From contig NC_057711.1 of assembly GCF_004010195.1 (NCBI RefSeq), forward strand, positions 29,732,637-29,796,636: a DNA stretch of 64,000 bases. The letters run 5' to 3'. This DNA is from Chiloscyllium plagiosum (lineage: Eukaryota). Numbering within the stretch: the first letter of the stretch is position 1; every line of letters starts with the position of its first letter. The notes below the pieces were generated by a model. The model had not been told where the DNA came from and ran no database searches. It worked only from the letters and a program-made list of their open reading frames with translations. Made by a program: the position numbers and the translations under genes. This document shows positions 63,146 to 64,000 of this stretch, one piece after another.

Positions 63146-64000
63146 GGCATTTTTGCAGGAGGTAGGGTGGGAAGAGGTGTAATCCAGGTAGCTGTGGGAG
63201 TCGGTGGGTTTGTAAAAGATGTCGGTGTCAAGTCGGTCGTCATTAATGGAGACGGAGAGGTCCAGGAAGGGGAGGGAGGTGTCAGAGATGGTCCAGGTAA
63301 ATTTAAGATCAGGGTGGAAGGTGTTGGTGAAGTTGATGAATTGCTCAACCTCCTCACGGGAGCACGAGGTGGCGCCAATGCAGTCATCAATGTAGCGGAG
63401 GAAGAGGTGGGGAGTTGTGCCGGTGTAATTACCGAAGACCGACTGTTCTACATAGCCAACAAAGAGACAGGCATAGCTGGGGCCCATACGGGTGCCCATG
63501 GCTACCCCTTTGGTCTGGAGGAAGTGGGAGGATTTGAAGAAGAAATTGTTGCGGGCAAGGACCAGTTCAGCCAAACGAATGAGTGTGTCGATGGAAGGGT
63601 ACTGATGGGGACGCCAGGAGAGGAAGAAACGGAGGGCTTGGAGGCCCTGATCATGGCGGATGGAGGTATACAGGGATTGGATATCCATGGTGAAGATGAG
63701 GTGTTGGGGGCCAGGGAAACAGAAGTGTTGGAGGAGGTGGAGGGCATGGGTGGTGTCTCGAACGTACGTGGGGAGTTCCTGGACTAGGGGTGGATAGGAG
63801 TGTCGAGATAGGTAAAAATGAGTTCAGTGGGACAGGAGCATGCTGAGACAATGGGTCGGCCAGGGTGGTCAGGCTCGTGGATCTTGGAAAGGAGGTAGAA
63901 CCGGGCAGTACGGGGTTCCCGGACTATGAGGATGGAAGCTGTGGGTGGGAGATCTCCTGAGGTGATGAGGTTCTGTATGGGAGATGATGGTTTCGAGTTG

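Larger units (their letters stand above)
62318..64000 (-). mobile_element. Penelope-like retroelement (RT; GIY-YIG region probably in the gap)
   Basis: MDIQSLYTSI, QTKGVAMGTRMGPSYACLF, RYIDD, LPFLD, YKPTDSHSYLDYTSSHP are PLE RT motifs; 3' tail carries a hammerhead; CpG-rich, so relatively young. Confidence 0.92.

Noticed and set aside
1-64000. CRISPR arrays, operons or other prokaryotic systems
   Set aside because: The sequence is intron-containing eukaryotic DNA; no regularly spaced repeat-spacer array seen.

Overview
AT-rich, repeat-dense vertebrate genomic DNA with three assembly gaps. The CR1, V-SINE/HE1-type and Penelope repeats suggest a shark (inference). Reading splice sites by hand gives four protein-coding loci, mostly fragmented or missed by the ORF track. 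(1) The last two exons of a cyclin B1 gene (808-3128, +). (2) A second, apparently intact but strongly diverged tandem cyclin B1 paralog (8 coding exons, 13330-21394, +, about 382 aa). It has a shortened N-terminus, an altered NES/CRS, a CaaX-like C-terminus (CFSL) and a different 3'UTR CPE/Pumilio code. (3) An unrecognised five-exon gene (26171-39128, +, about 304 aa) combining an RVxF PP1-docking motif (RKKKVTF), a caspase-2/RAIDD-like CARD and a CARD9/CARMA/DLG5-like coiled coil. This is the most novel-looking item. (4) The 3' exons of an unidentified convergent membrane-protein gene (-, 55657 to about 49904). The rest is decayed CR1 LINEs, tRNA-derived SINEs, a Tigger/pogo fossil, a Gypsy integrase fragment, a solo LTR, and Penelope-like elements whose tails carry minimal hammerhead-ribozyme motifs. 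Repeat boundaries are approximate and no database search was run.
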